Positions 25,271 to 36,164 of a DNA stretch of 64,000 bases are shown piece by piece. The DNA is from Micavibrio sp. UBA2638. Its GTDB lineage: Bacteria; Pseudomonadota; Alphaproteobacteria; Micavibrionales; Micavibrionaceae. Location: NCBI GenBank assembly GCA_002359735.1, contig DENS01000018.1:52819-116818 (forward strand). The letters run 5' to 3'. The position numbers and the translations under genes were made by a program. Each line of letters opens with the position of its first letter. Within the stretch, counting starts at the first letter, position 1. Under the pieces are notes generated by a model that was given only the letters and a program-made list of their open reading frames with translations, was not told the DNA's origin and made no database searches.

Positions 25271-26470
25271 ATGAAAAAAACAGCGGTTATAGGCATCATT
25301 CTTTTGTTCTTAGCGGCAGGCGGAGGGTGGTATTTTTGGGCTGCTAATGGGGACAAAAGCGCAGAGAAAAGCCCTGCAGAGCGGCCGCCTCAGGCCGTTT
25401 CTGTGCTGGAATTAGAGACGACGAAAATTCGTTACGATTATTCTTTACCGGGGCGTATATCCCCGTTTCGGCAATCACAAGTACGTCCGCAGGTCGATGG
25501 TATTATTACCGAACGTTTATTTGAAGAAGGGGCCGACGTTAAAAAGGGTCAGCAACTCTATCAAATAGATGATGCGCGTTACAAGGCTGCATTAAACAGC
25601 ACCATTGCAGATTTAAAAAGCGCGGAAGCAAATGTAAAAGCCGTTGATGCAAGGGCTAAGCGCTATAAAGATCTTGTGAAAATTAATGCAGTTAGCGAAC
25701 AGGAATATGATGATATTGTTGCGCAGTTAGATCAGGCGAAAGCATCTGTGGCCGTAGCGCAAGCTGCTTATGATCTGGCGCAAGTCAATCTGGATTATAC
25801 AAAGGTATACGCGCCGATTGATGGCCGGATTAGCAAGTCTTTTGTTACCGAGGGCGCATTGGTAACCGCCAATCAAAGTCAGCACTTGGCCACAATCACG
25901 CAATTGGATCCTGTATATGTAGATATGCAGCAATCAGGAACTGAAGCCATGCATATACGGACCCGTATGATCGGGCAGGATGTCGTGCCTGTTACACTGG
26001 TTCTGGATGAAAAAACCGGCCAATCGTATGGCAAGGAAGGTATGCTGAAATTTTCTGAAGTTACAGTTGAGGAAACAACAGGATCAGTCGCTTTGCGTGC
26101 CTTGATGCCAAATCCGGACGGGATATTATTGCCTGGACTGTTTGTGCGGGCCACCATAGCGCTGGGGGAGGAAGATGTCATTTTGATTCCGCAGCGAGCG
26201 GCAACACGTACCCCTGATGGTAAGCTCACGGCTTGGATTGTGGACGAGCAAAATAGAGCGCAGCCCAGAGAATTAAAGGTGGATCATGCCTACGAAGACA
26301 ATTGGATTGTCACCGATGGCGTGAAAGAGGGCGATAGAGTGGTTGTGCTGGGGTATCAGAAAATTGGCCCCGGCATGGTCGTGGCCCCGACCAATTGGAA
26401 ACAGGCATCCGTTAAACCCAACACTGATCAAGGTGGTGAGGTGGATTCTGAGAAAAATAAAGAAGAATAA
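25271..26470 (+). CDS. RND efflux periplasmic adaptor (AcrA/MexA-like MFP)
   Basis: TM/signal segment, SLPGRISPFRQSQVRPQVDGII, coiled coil, YAPIDGRISK. The track starts at TTG 25265; the ATG at 25271 is more likely. Confidence 0.9.
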   Translation: MKKTAVIGIILLFLAAGGGWYFWAANGDKSAEKSPAERPPQAVSVLELETTKIRYDYSLPGRISPFRQSQVRPQVDGIITERLFEEGADVKKGQQLYQIDDARYKAALNSTIADLKSAEANVKAVDARAKRYKDLVKINAVSEQEYDDIVAQLDQAKASVAVAQAAYDLAQVNLDYTKVYAPIDGRISKSFVTEGALVTANQSQHLATITQLDPVYVDMQQSGTEAMHIRTRMIGQDVVPVTLVLDEKTGQSYGKEGMLKFSEVTVEETTGSVALRALMPNPDGILLPGLFVRATIALGEEDVILIPQRAATRTPDGKLTAWIVDEQNRAQPRELKVDHAYEDNWIVTDGVKEGDRVVVLGYQKIGPGMVVAPTNWKQASVKPNTDQGGEVDSEKNKEE

Positions 26471-26482
26471 GGATACAGAAAA

Positions 26483-29400
26483 ATGGCCCGTTTTTTTATT
26501 GACCGTCCGGTATTTGCTTGGGTGATTGCAATAATTATTATGCTGGCCGGGATTTTATCCATTCGGGCCCTGCCTGTCGAACAATATCCTAAAGTGGCAC
26601 CGCCAACGGTAAGCATTAATGCATCTTATCCAGGCGCGTCGGCAGAAACGGTAGAGAATTCCGTTACGCAGGTTATAGAACAGCGCCTGACCGGTATTGA
26701 TTATCTGCGGTATTTTACCTCCAACAGCTCCGATGGGTCTATGAGCATTACTCTAACATTCGAACCCGAGGCAGACCCCGATATTGCGCAGGTGCAAACC
26801 CAGAATAAAGTGCAAGGAGCGGTGACTAAGCTGCCTCAGGAAGTGCAGGCTCTTGGTGTTACGGTCACAAAATCAAATGACAGCTTCTTGTTAGTGGTCG
26901 GGTTTTACTCTGAAGATGCCAATATGACCGAGCACGAACTAAGCGATATGCTCGTTTCCAATTTTCAAGACCCGATATCCCGTATTAATGGTGTCGGTAG
27001 TGTACGCGTTTTTGGTGGTCAAAACGCAATGCGCATCTGGCTTGATCCGGCGAAATTGTATAGTTACAACTTGACGCCGCTGGATGTGCAGAATGCTGTT
27101 CAGGTGCAAAATACTGATATTTCTGCCGGGCAGTTGGGCGGAATGCCGGCCGCGCCAAATCAGCAGATTAACGCAACGATTAAGGCACAAGCGCGTTTGC
27201 AGACGGTCAATGATTTTGAACGTATTGTTTTGCGTGTAAATACCGATGGTTCCCAGGTTCGTCTAAAAGATGTTGCAAAAATAGAGTTGGGATCGGAAGA
27301 TTATGCGCGTATCGCCCGCTATAAACGTCAACCCGCCGCCGGTATGGCTGTGACATTGGCCACAGGTGCGAACGCTTTGGAAACAGCAGAGGCCGTTAAG
27401 GAGCGCGTGGCCGAGTTGGCCGAGTTTTTACCGAAAGGCGTTAAAATTATCTATCCGATTGATGCGACACCATTTATTGAACTTTCGATTGAATCGGTTG
27501 TGCATACATTGGTGGAGGCTGTGATCCTGGTATTTCTTGTGATGCTGTTATTCTTGCAAAATTTTCGGGCGACGCTAATCCCGACCATTGCGGTGCCAGT
27601 TGTTCTTCTGGGTACATTTGCAATCTTATTGGCTTTCGGATTCAGCATTAACGTGTTGACGATGTTTGCTATGGTCTTGGCGATTGGTTTGTTGGTGGAT
27701 GATGCGATCGTTGTTGTCGAAAATGTTGAGCGCATCATGAGTGAGGAGGGATTGTCCCCCAAAGAAGCCACGAAAAAGTCCATGGACCAGATTACAGGCG
27801 CATTGATTGGGATTGCTGTTGTGTTGTCGACGGTGTTTATCCCGATGGCGTTCTTTGGTGGATCCGCAGGGGCGATTTACAGGCAGTTCTCTATTACAAT
27901 TGTATCCGCAATGGGCTTGTCGGTTTTGGTTGCACTGATTTTATCGCCATCTCTATGTGCGACATTGCTGAAAAATGAAGCGGGTGCAAAACGCAGATCT
28001 GATACCGGCTTTTTTGGCGTTTTTAACAAATATTTTAACAAAGGCCGTGACAGTTACCAAAAAACAGCCTCGTATATGGCGGCGCGTACCATGCGCTTTT
28101 TCGTGGTCTATATTGTTCTGGTTGGTGGAATGATGGCCATATTTGTGCAATTGCCCGGCGCATTCTTACCTGAAGAAGATCAGGGGTTTATGTATATGAT
28201 GGTAAACACCCCGCCTGGCTCCACTGCTGAACGCACTTTGGAATCGGTTAAACAGGTCGAAGATTATTTTCTGGAGGAGCAAGGGGATAATATTGAACAT
28301 CTTTTCACAGTAGTTGGTTTCAGTTTCGCCGGATCGGCTCAGAACGCGGCTTTTGGCTTTGTCGGCCTGAAGGATTGGGAGGAGCGCCCGGACGATAATC
28401 AGAGCGTCTTTTCCATTGCCCAACAAGCTGGCCCGGCTTTGGCCAGTATTAAAGATGCGATGGCGTTTGCGTTTTTTCCGCCGCCTATTCGCGAACTTGG
28501 TAACGCCTCTGGCTTTGATTTTCAACTGGTTGACCGTACTGGTAACGGGCATGAGGCCTTGATGCAGGCACGCGGCCAGCTTTTAGGCGCGGCAGCGCAG
28601 AATCCGAAACTGACTGGTGTGCGCCCCAATGGTTTAAGTGATGTGCCACAATATAAAATTAATATTGATAGCGAGAAAGCCTCGGCATTAGGATTATCAC
28701 TCAGCGATATTAACCGCACCCTCCAGATTGCGTGGGGGTCTAGCTATGTAAATGATTTCGTGGATCAGGGGCGCATTAAACGCGTTTATCTTCAGGCTGA
28801 TGCTCCGCACCGCATGATGCCGGAAGATCTGAATAATTGGTATGTCCGCAATGCTGATGGCGAAATGGTACCTTTTGATGCTTTTTCCAGTGCAGAATGG
28901 ACATATGGGTCACCAAAACTGGAACGTTTTAATGGTAAGGCTTCTATTAATATTCAAGGCGGTGCCGCAGAAGGGGTGAGTACCGGGCAGGCCATGGAAG
29001 AGATTCTAAAAATCGTTGAAGAATTACCGGACGGATTTGGGGTGGAATGGTCCGGCATTTCTTATGAAGAACGGGCCGCGGGATCACAGGCACCGGTGCT
29101 ATATGCTCTGTCAGTTTTAATTGTATTTTTATGCCTGGCCGCACTCTATGAAAGCTGGGCCGTTCCGTTTGCTGTAATGTTGGTTGTTCCTCTCGGTATT
29201 TTTGGTGCGGTGGTCGCGGCTTATTTTGCGGGATTGCCGAATGATGTGTATCTGCAGGTGGCATTGTTGACAACGGTTGGGCTGGCCTCGAAAAACGCAA
29301 TTTTGATTGTAGAATTTGCCAAGGAGTTGAAGGAAAGTGGTCATAGTTTGCTGGAGTCAGTTGCGATAGCGGCGCGCCAACGTTTTCGTCCGATTTTGAT

Positions 29401-29623
29401 GACATCCATGGCCTTTATGTTAGGGGTTACGCCTCTGGCTTTGGCAAGCGGGGCCGGTGCCTCCAGTCAAAACGCGATTGGTATTGCTGTGATGGGCGGT
29501 ATGGCGGCGGCGACATTTCTGGCGATATTCTTTGTCCCAATGTTCTATGTTATGGTTGAAAAGCTGTTCCATCGAGATAAGGCCGAGGCAACTGAAAAAG
29601 CTGAAGCGAATAAGAAAGATTAA
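26483..29623 (+). CDS. RND multidrug efflux permease (HAE1, AcrB/MexB-like)
   Basis: 1046 aa starting [23 protein letters not shown], with 12 TMs and two large periplasmic loops. [16 protein letters not shown] is present. Confidence 0.95.
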   Translation: MARFFIDRPVFAWVIAIIIMLAGILSIRALPVEQYPKVAPPTVSINASYPGASAETVENSVTQVIEQRLTGIDYLRYFTSNSSDGSMSITLTFEPEADPDIAQVQTQNKVQGAVTKLPQEVQALGVTVTKSNDSFLLVVGFYSEDANMTEHELSDMLVSNFQDPISRINGVGSVRVFGGQNAMRIWLDPAKLYSYNLTPLDVQNAVQVQNTDISAGQLGGMPAAPNQQINATIKAQARLQTVNDFERIVLRVNTDGSQVRLKDVAKIELGSEDYARIARYKRQPAAGMAVTLATGANALETAEAVKERVAELAEFLPKGVKIIYPIDATPFIELSIESVVHTLVEAVILVFLVMLLFLQNFRATLIPTIAVPVVLLGTFAILLAFGFSINVLTMFAMVLAIGLLVDDAIVVVENVERIMSEEGLSPKEATKKSMDQITGALIGIAVVLSTVFIPMAFFGGSAGAIYRQFSITIVSAMGLSVLVALILSPSLCATLLKNEAGAKRRSDTGFFGVFNKYFNKGRDSYQKTASYMAARTMRFFVVYIVLVGGMMAIFVQLPGAFLPEEDQGFMYMMVNTPPGSTAERTLESVKQVEDYFLEEQGDNIEHLFTVVGFSFAGSAQNAAFGFVGLKDWEERPDDNQSVFSIAQQAGPALASIKDAMAFAFFPPPIRELGNASGFDFQLVDRTGNGHEALMQARGQLLGAAAQNPKLTGVRPNGLSDVPQYKINIDSEKASALGLSLSDINRTLQIAWGSSYVNDFVDQGRIKRVYLQADAPHRMMPEDLNNWYVRNADGEMVPFDAFSSAEWTYGSPKLERFNGKASINIQGGAAEGVSTGQAMEEILKIVEELPDGFGVEWSGISYEERAAGSQAPVLYALSVLIVFLCLAALYESWAVPFAVMLVVPLGIFGAVVAAYFAGLPNDVYLQVALLTTVGLASKNAILIVEFAKELKESGHSLLESVAIAARQRFRPILMTSMAFMLGVTPLALASGAGASSQNAIGIAVMGGMAAATFLAIFFVPMFYVMVEKLFHRDKAEATEKAEANKKD

Positions 29624-29625
29624 CG

Positions 29626-31116
29626 ATGATTAAAAAATCAGTATCTATATCACTGACGGTTATATTGTTATCTGGTTGTACCATGATTCCTGATTATTTA
29701 ACGCCGGGTTTTTCTGCGGCCCCGAAATGGAGTGATGTGCCAGGATATGAGCTTCCCGCAGGCGAGAAGGCTGTATCGGATCTGGACTGGAAGGAATATT
29801 TTGATACATCTGAACTCTGGCTGGTGATAGGTACCGCATTGCAGAACAATAAAGATTTGGAACAAGCTGCCCTTAGTATTGATGAGGCGCGTGCGCTTTA
29901 CCGTGTTTCCCGGGCTGACTTGATTCCGAATATAAATGCTCGTGGCACCGGCAATATTACAAAAACATCTGATGATTCCAGTGGGCAGGGCCACGCGCGT
30001 AAATCTGAGTTATATGAGGCCAATGTAGGTCTGGCGAGTTATGAGCTGGATTTGTTTGGACGAATTCGCAGTAACAATCAATCTGCAATTAATGAGTATC
30101 TGGCAAGTGAGCAGGCTTATGATGTTGTTCGTAACGCTTTAATTGCAGAAACAGCGAATGCCTATTTGCAATTATTGGCCGATCAGAAATTGTTGAAGTT
30201 GACAGAAAAAACCTTAAAGGCCCAGCAGCAGACCTATGACCTGCTCTCACAGAGCTTAGACAAGGGTGTGGCAACAGAACAGGATGTCTCCCGTGCATCG
30301 ACCGCTGTAGAAACGGCGCGCGTGAATTTGCATCAATATGCTCGTTTTGTCGCTCAGGATAAAAATGCTTTATTTTTGTTGATGGGAATCCCTCAGGATG
30401 AAGAATTTTTACCGAAAACGACGTTGGATGACATTCAGATTGCCGATAATCTTGCTACGGGGCTTCCTTCACAGGCATTGTTGGCGCGTCCGGATGTGAA
30501 GCAGGCAGAATATAACTTGTTGGCGCGTAATGCAGATATCGGCGCTGCCCGCGCGGCCTTTTTCCCAAGTATTTCATTGACTGGGGCATATGGCTTTGCT
30601 TCGGATGATCTATCCTCTTTATTTACAAGCGGTGCAGCAGGAGCTTGGGCGTTTTTGCCGCAAATTACATTGCCGATCTTTCAGGGGGGGCGTAATACTG
30701 CCAATTTGGATTTGGCAGAAATTCGTAAGGAAAAAGCCATTTTGAATTATGAACAAGCCATACAGACCGCATTCCGTGAGGTTTCTGATGAGCTGGCAGC
30801 GCGTGCGACACTGGATGCGCAGCTTAAGGCGCAGCGCCGCCTTGTGGCCTCCGCGCAAAAGGTATATGACATTTCGAATGCGCGCTACCGTAGTGGTATC
30901 GATAGTTTCTTAAGTGTTCTAGACTCGCAGCGCGAGCTGTATGAATTTGAACAAAATGAAATCGTGACGCAACGTCAATATCTAGCGAATTTGGTGAATT
31001 TGTATAAAGTCCTTGGCGGCGGCCTTAACGAAGAGTCGGTCTTGTCTGTACCAGAATCCAAGTCGAAGGGGCTGGCGCAGAACGAAAACGAGACCATGTC
31101 CCAAATGGATCAATAA
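29626..31116 (+). CDS. RND efflux outer membrane lipoprotein (NodT/OprM family)
   Basis: 496 aa with lipobox LLSGC. SYELDLFGRIR and PSISLTGAYGFAS are OMF hallmarks. Confidence 0.9.
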   Translation: MIKKSVSISLTVILLSGCTMIPDYLTPGFSAAPKWSDVPGYELPAGEKAVSDLDWKEYFDTSELWLVIGTALQNNKDLEQAALSIDEARALYRVSRADLIPNINARGTGNITKTSDDSSGQGHARKSELYEANVGLASYELDLFGRIRSNNQSAINEYLASEQAYDVVRNALIAETANAYLQLLADQKLLKLTEKTLKAQQQTYDLLSQSLDKGVATEQDVSRASTAVETARVNLHQYARFVAQDKNALFLLMGIPQDEEFLPKTTLDDIQIADNLATGLPSQALLARPDVKQAEYNLLARNADIGAARAAFFPSISLTGAYGFASDDLSSLFTSGAAGAWAFLPQITLPIFQGGRNTANLDLAEIRKEKAILNYEQAIQTAFREVSDELAARATLDAQLKAQRRLVASAQKVYDISNARYRSGIDSFLSVLDSQRELYEFEQNEIVTQRQYLANLVNLYKVLGGGLNEESVLSVPESKSKGLAQNENETMSQMDQ

Positions 31117-31142
31117 CGATTTCACGCAAGTTTTTGTCTTTA

Positions 31143-33959
31143 TCAAAACATATCCAGTATGCACTTTGCAGAGCCAAGTGTTCTCGGTATTTGCTTGATC
31201 CGCTGTATGGTTGATCGTGCATTGTTCAGTTTATAAAACTCGCGCGTCATGTCGGCCATGGCCTTAAGACGGATTTCATCCTCACCGCTGATTGGTTGGC
31301 CCGTAACATTTTTGCGTTTTAGGCTTTGCTGGCATATGCCTTCCCTGATTTGTTGCGGTGTTGGCTCCGGCCTGGGGCGTTTCTCACGCAGCGGGGTCCC
31401 TTTGGATAATGTGTGCTTGACGCGGGCCCATGTTGCTTTATCGCGGAACCGGTCAAGGAATCGGTCACGCTCTAATTGCAACATACGGCTGATATTCAGG
31501 GCAATGCCCGGATGAATGCCCAGTTCATTTTCCCCGCGCTCATCCATAATCTGCAAAAGTTTTTGCGCAACGATTGGGTCATCGATGTGTTGATTGACCT
31601 CATCCCGGGTTATCCTTTCACCGCCTGTTAGAATGTCGGCCAAGGCATCAATGACTTTTACATCAATATGATTAATGCCGGTTTTTGAAGGGTCACCGCC
31701 AATTTTGTACATTTTATCAACATTCATGCGGATCGCACTTTTGCCACTGAGACCGGGAAGTTTGAAATGCGGTAATGGGGCGGGGGTGTAATCATTTGCC
31801 ATGTCCAGGGCTTTTGCTTTGGCATCGGCCAATACGCGGTCAGGATTCATACTGATGCCATCGTTGGAAGAAATCCATAGCTTCTTTTTTGCATCTTGTG
31901 AACAGGTTGCGATTGAAGCCATTGGGTTAGCCAGCGCCATAGCCGTTTCAATGACGGCGGGCATCGGCCCATGTTTTTGTTCAGGCTTTTCAATTGCGCG
32001 TTGCAGATAACGCGTAGACCCGCCCCATCCTGGAATTAGGCCAAGCCCGGATTCCGGAAGACCCATAATTTGCTCTGGCCCGGCTTGAATGGCATCGCAA
32101 TGCATTAAAATTTCACATCCGCCGCCAAAGGCTATATTCTGGGGCGTTCCTTTCGGGGCACCAATAACTGGAAACGGTGCTTGATTGAGCGCGTTATAAA
32201 CGGCTTGTCCTTCATAAACCAGTTCCTCTAGCATACCAGGCAGCTTTCGCTCAATGTATCCACCAATACCAACGGCTTTTAGCCACCATTTCTCCGTGGC
32301 ACTCATGAAAACCTCAACCAGTTTCAAATTGGCACCAAAAGAAAAGCTCTTCTCGTCGTTATAAACCACCATGGCTTTGTAGTGATCGGAGTGGTTCTGC
32401 ATAAATTTTATGCTTTCATTGATCACCCAGAAAATCGATGGATCAATTGCATTTTTTGTAGAATGAAATTCCAGCGCTGTTACACCATCACCAATATCCC
32501 AAAGGCTTGCAGAGTTATGGCTGACAAGAGGTTTCGATGCGGCCTTGATATCGTCCAGACTAAGGACGCCATCTGGCCGTTTAATTGCGGCGTATCGACC
32601 ATCGAAATTCATAACCTGATTTTGACCATCGGCCTGGCGGTAAAACGCGCCATGTTTTTGGGCTTTGGAAAGAAGGGCCGGGATGGGCAGGCCATCTTGC
32701 TGCAATTTATGGGTAAACCAGTCCAGGCCAAATTTATCAAGGAGCTGAAACGGGCCATATTCCCAATTAAATCCGGCACGCATGGCATCATCAATATCCT
32801 GCAGATCATAGGCAAGATCTTGCGCATGATCCATGGTATAAATCAAAATGTCGCGAATAACAGGCCATGCAAAATTTGAAGGCGTATCATCGGTATCAAA
32901 AAATTGACTATAGCCGCCGTATTTTTTGATTTTTCTTTCAAATTTGAAATATGGGCTGTTTTTGAAATCACGGTAATCTCCGGTTTTCAAATCTCGAGAT
33001 TCTTTTACCGGCTTACCCTTTTCGTCTTTAATTGGGTTGCCTTCGGCATCTGTTTTCTTGCGGTAATATCCGCCTTTGCTGTTGGGGTCCCTGTTGCCCA
33101 AGTATCCAGTTTGCAACATTGTTTCCAGTTCTTCTGTGCCAGAGAATATTTTCTTAAACTCATCAGTGGGCGGAAGATTTGTGTGTAGGTCGGTGCGAAC
33201 ATGTTCAATGACTGGTAGCCCGACTTCATCGGCCAACTTGAACAAGCCGAGTTTTGGGAAACCGAATGCTTGGCCCATGATAGCATCAACATCTTCAATC
33301 GGCATGTTTTTGTTCAAGGCTTCTACGCGCGCGCGTTCCATTGCGAAAATACCAATGCGGTTGGCAATAAACCCCCGTGCATCTTTACAATGCACTGTTT
33401 TTTTACCCAATTTTTCACTGCCGAATTTCATGACAGTTTCAACGATCTTTGGGTCAGTATCATCGTTTGAGATGACCTCTAACAAATGCATGAAACGGAC
33501 TGGGTTAAAGAAATGTGTGTTAACGAAGCGGCGCTTGAAATCACTTGATTGTCCACCGGTCAGGGATTCAATCTGCATTGTTGATGTATTAGACGAAAAA
33601 ATGGCATCGGGTTTGGCAATTTTTTCGATGTTTTGATAGATCCCGGCCCGAATTTCCTGTGGTGCCAGAATGGTTTCAATAATCCAGTCGCAGTCGGCCA
33701 GCATATCCAGGTTTTCATTTGATAGCCCGGTTGTTATGTTTTTGGCATTGTCTGGTATCATTAGCCCCGCATTAAAAGCATCAGTCGGTTTGGCGTTCTT
33801 CATGCGTTCAATCGCTTCGTCGGCACGGTTGTTTCCAGTCTCTTTATTTAAAAGATCTAATAAAACAACTTCAACACCGGCATTGGCCAGTTGGCCTGCA
33901 ATGCCTGCTCCCATGGTGCCGGCTCCAATTACACCAACTTTTTTGATCTCTGATGTCAT
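31143..33959 (-). CDS. Fused 3-hydroxyacyl-CoA dehydrogenase (N-terminal) / enoyl-CoA hydratase (C-terminal) protein, FadN-like
   Basis: 938 aa. The NAD fold is KVGVIGAGTMGAGIAGQLA. The crotonase segment is AFGGGCEILMHCDAIQAGPEQIMGLPESGLGLIPGWGGS. It lies directly downstream of the thiolase gene. Confidence 0.9.
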   Translation of the reverse strand: MTSEIKKVGVIGAGTMGAGIAGQLANAGVEVVLLDLLNKETGNNRADEAIERMKNAKPTDAFNAGLMIPDNAKNITTGLSNENLDMLADCDWIIETILAPQEIRAGIYQNIEKIAKPDAIFSSNTSTMQIESLTGGQSSDFKRRFVNTHFFNPVRFMHLLEVISNDDTDPKIVETVMKFGSEKLGKKTVHCKDARGFIANRIGIFAMERARVEALNKNMPIEDVDAIMGQAFGFPKLGLFKLADEVGLPVIEHVRTDLHTNLPPTDEFKKIFSGTEELETMLQTGYLGNRDPNSKGGYYRKKTDAEGNPIKDEKGKPVKESRDLKTGDYRDFKNSPYFKFERKIKKYGGYSQFFDTDDTPSNFAWPVIRDILIYTMDHAQDLAYDLQDIDDAMRAGFNWEYGPFQLLDKFGLDWFTHKLQQDGLPIPALLSKAQKHGAFYRQADGQNQVMNFDGRYAAIKRPDGVLSLDDIKAASKPLVSHNSASLWDIGDGVTALEFHSTKNAIDPSIFWVINESIKFMQNHSDHYKAMVVYNDEKSFSFGANLKLVEVFMSATEKWWLKAVGIGGYIERKLPGMLEELVYEGQAVYNALNQAPFPVIGAPKGTPQNIAFGGGCEILMHCDAIQAGPEQIMGLPESGLGLIPGWGGSTRYLQRAIEKPEQKHGPMPAVIETAMALANPMASIATCSQDAKKKLWISSNDGISMNPDRVLADAKAKALDMANDYTPAPLPHFKLPGLSGKSAIRMNVDKMYKIGGDPSKTGINHIDVKVIDALADILTGGERITRDEVNQHIDDPIVAQKLLQIMDERGENELGIHPGIALNISRMLQLERDRFLDRFRDKATWARVKHTLSKGTPLREKRPRPEPTPQQIREGICQQSLKRKNVTGQPISGEDEIRLKAMADMTREFYKLNNARSTIQRIKQIPRTLGSAKCILDMF

Positions 33960-33973
33960 ATTTAATCTCCGGC

Positions 33974-35185
33974 TTATTCTGCTGATGGTTCAAAGGCTGG
34001 GTTTTCTATGATCATGGCCATGCCCTGACCGCCGCCCACGCATAATGTGGCCATACCATAACGTTTGTTATTTCTTTGCAGTTCCAGTGCCAATGTCCCG
34101 GCCAATCTAGCCCCGGTCGCGCCCAAGGGGTGCCCGATGGCAATGGCGCCGCCGTTGACGTTAATTTTCTCCATATCAGGCTCCATGCCCTGTGCTTCCC
34201 ATTCTTTGATGACAGCGATACTTTGGGCGGCAAAGGCTTCGTTGAGTTCAATATAATCCATATCCTTTAATGTCAGACCGGATTTTTCAAAGGCGCGTTT
34301 TGATGCCTCAACAGGTCCGATCCCCATAATTTCTGGCGCGCACCCGCTTTCGCCAACGGCAATAATACGCGCAAGAATAGGCAGGTTATTGGCTTTAGCA
34401 TAAGATTCCGCCGTGACCATAACGGCAGAAGCGCCATCAGTGATTTGTGATGCTGAAGCGGCCGTGACCGTTCCGCCTTCCTTGGCGTCTTTTGCCACAG
34501 GGCGCAGCTTGGAGAGGCTCTCCACTGTACTATCCGGGCGCACTCCATCATCGTGATCCAGCCCGTTAATGGGGACAATTTCGTTTTTAAAATGCCCTGC
34601 TTTAGCGGCCGCTGCATGGCGTTGATGGGATCGGACTGAAAATTCATCTTGTTCCTGGCGTTGGATTTTATATTTTATAGCCAGATTTTCGGCCGTTGCC
34701 GGCATATCCATAAAGGCCGCGGCATTGCCGTCATGAACTTGTGGGTTCAGGTGTGGATTAAACCCGCCCATGGGGACATGGCTCATGGTTTGGACGCCGC
34801 TGCAAATATAAACGGAATCCTTATGAAACAGGCTGAGTGCCGCGCCCATATTGATGGCGTCTAATGAAGACGCACAAAACATGTCAAGGGATGTGCCAGT
34901 TACGGTATTGGGGAGTTTGCAATCAGGATGCATCACGGCAATGCGGGCAATGTTCAGTCCCTGGTCGGCCTCCTGATGAACGCATCCGGTCAATAATTTT
35001 GTGACTTTGGCTGGAGCAATGCCGCTGCTGTCTATCAGGGTATTAATTAAGGGGACCAGCATGTCCACCGGGTCAACATCGGCAAAACGCCCGGGAGGTT
35101 TACCTGATCCGGGGATGGCGGCTTTGGCAAAAGGGGTGCGGGCGTAGCCAATGATAACAGCGTGATCTTGAGTATGTGCGTTCAT
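33974..35185 (-). CDS. Acetyl-CoA C-acyltransferase (thiolase)
   Basis: 403 aa. The active-site Cys context is [13 protein letters not shown]-terminal motifs are [17 protein letters not shown] and CVGGGQGMA. Confidence 0.9.
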   Translation of the reverse strand: MNAHTQDHAVIIGYARTPFAKAAIPGSGKPPGRFADVDPVDMLVPLINTLIDSSGIAPAKVTKLLTGCVHQEADQGLNIARIAVMHPDCKLPNTVTGTSLDMFCASSLDAINMGAALSLFHKDSVYICSGVQTMSHVPMGGFNPHLNPQVHDGNAAAFMDMPATAENLAIKYKIQRQEQDEFSVRSHQRHAAAAKAGHFKNEIVPINGLDHDDGVRPDSTVESLSKLRPVAKDAKEGGTVTAASASQITDGASAVMVTAESYAKANNLPILARIIAVGESGCAPEIMGIGPVEASKRAFEKSGLTLKDMDYIELNEAFAAQSIAVIKEWEAQGMEPDMEKINVNGGAIAIGHPLGATGARLAGTLALELQRNNKRYGMATLCVGGGQGMAMIIENPAFEPSAE

Positions 35186-35361
35186 GATGATTGTCTCCTT
35201 TGATCCTAAAAGGTTAATCTAATGAAACAATTTTGCAATGATCTTTATCTATTTTGTTGTTGTCCGTAGTGATAATCGGAGCAAGGTAATATAAAAATGT
35301 ATCGGATTTTTTTGTTCGCCCTGTGGCATAATCGAAAAAATATACGTATCTTTATTCAAAA

Positions 35362-35375
35362 TTGATTCATATCAA
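35362..35375. promoter_or_regulatory. Perfect FNR/FixK-type box TTGAT-TCAT-ATCAA upstream of ompW
   Basis: Exact match to the TTGAT-N4-ATCAA consensus. It ends 65 nt upstream of the ompW ATG, in the fadA/ompW divergent region. Confidence 0.65.
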
Positions 35376-35440
35376 TTCTTGATTTGTTTTCATGTGGCAG
35401 TGTCCCATAATAATTCACAATCCTAAGAAGGAAGTACAAA

Positions 35441-36091
35441 ATGAAAAAGTTTACAAAAGTTATGTTGCTTAGCGGTGTGGCGCTGCTGGGCTTTTCTGAA
35501 TTGGCAGTGGCAAAAGATCTGGGTGATGGCCTATGGGCGAAAGAACGCTTCCAGTTCCGTTTGCGCGGTATTGGTGTGTTGCCTGATGGTGGCGGTCACA
35601 CAACAATCGGTGGTAAGCCTGATGCTGATAATGCATTTGTACCGGAAGTCGATTTCACTTATTTCCTGACCCAGAACTGGGCGTTGGAATTGATTGCGGC
35701 GACCTCTCCGCATGATCTGAAATTGAAAGGCAGTGTCCTTGGTGATCTTGATTTGGGTGACAGCATGATTTTGCCTCCGACCCTGACTTTGCAGTATCAT
35801 TTTACACCTGACAATACCTTTAGTCCTTATGTTGGTGCGGGTGTGAACTACACACTTCCGTATTCAGAAGATGCGGCTGGTGGTGCTGTTACTAGTCTTG
35901 AAGCGGACGGTAGCTTCGGTTACGCGCTGCAGGCTGGTTTTGATTATTGGATGAATGATAATTGGGGCTTAAATCTGGATGTGAAGAAAATCTGGGTGGA
36001 TGTTGATGCTTCTATTAATAAGGGAGCCATTACCGGCGAAGTTGAGTTGGACCCGTGGGTTGTTGGCGCTGGTGTATCTTACCGCTTTTAA
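35441..36091 (+). CDS. ompW: OmpW-family outer membrane protein
   Basis: 216 aa with a signal peptide (LLSGVALLGFSELAVA), beta-strand alternation and a terminal ...GAGVSYRF. AGGAAG RBS. Confidence 0.9.
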   Translation: MKKFTKVMLLSGVALLGFSELAVAKDLGDGLWAKERFQFRLRGIGVLPDGGGHTTIGGKPDADNAFVPEVDFTYFLTQNWALELIAATSPHDLKLKGSVLGDLDLGDSMILPPTLTLQYHFTPDNTFSPYVGAGVNYTLPYSEDAAGGAVTSLEADGSFGYALQAGFDYWMNDNWGLNLDVKKIWVDVDASINKGAITGEVELDPWVVGAGVSYRF

Positions 36092-36107
36092 TCAGGAATG
36101 AATCTCC

Positions 36108-36135
36108 AAAAACCCCTGCTTTGCAGGGGTTTTTT
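36108..36135. terminator. Bidirectional intrinsic terminator between ompW and the Crp/Fnr gene
   Basis: AAAAA-CCCCTGC-TTT-GCAGGGG-TTTTTT. The stem spans 36113-19 / 36123-29, with an A-tract on one side and a T-tract on the other. Confidence 0.75.
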
Positions 36136-36164
36136 GTTGTCTGTTTTACCGGTTGCTTGGTGGT

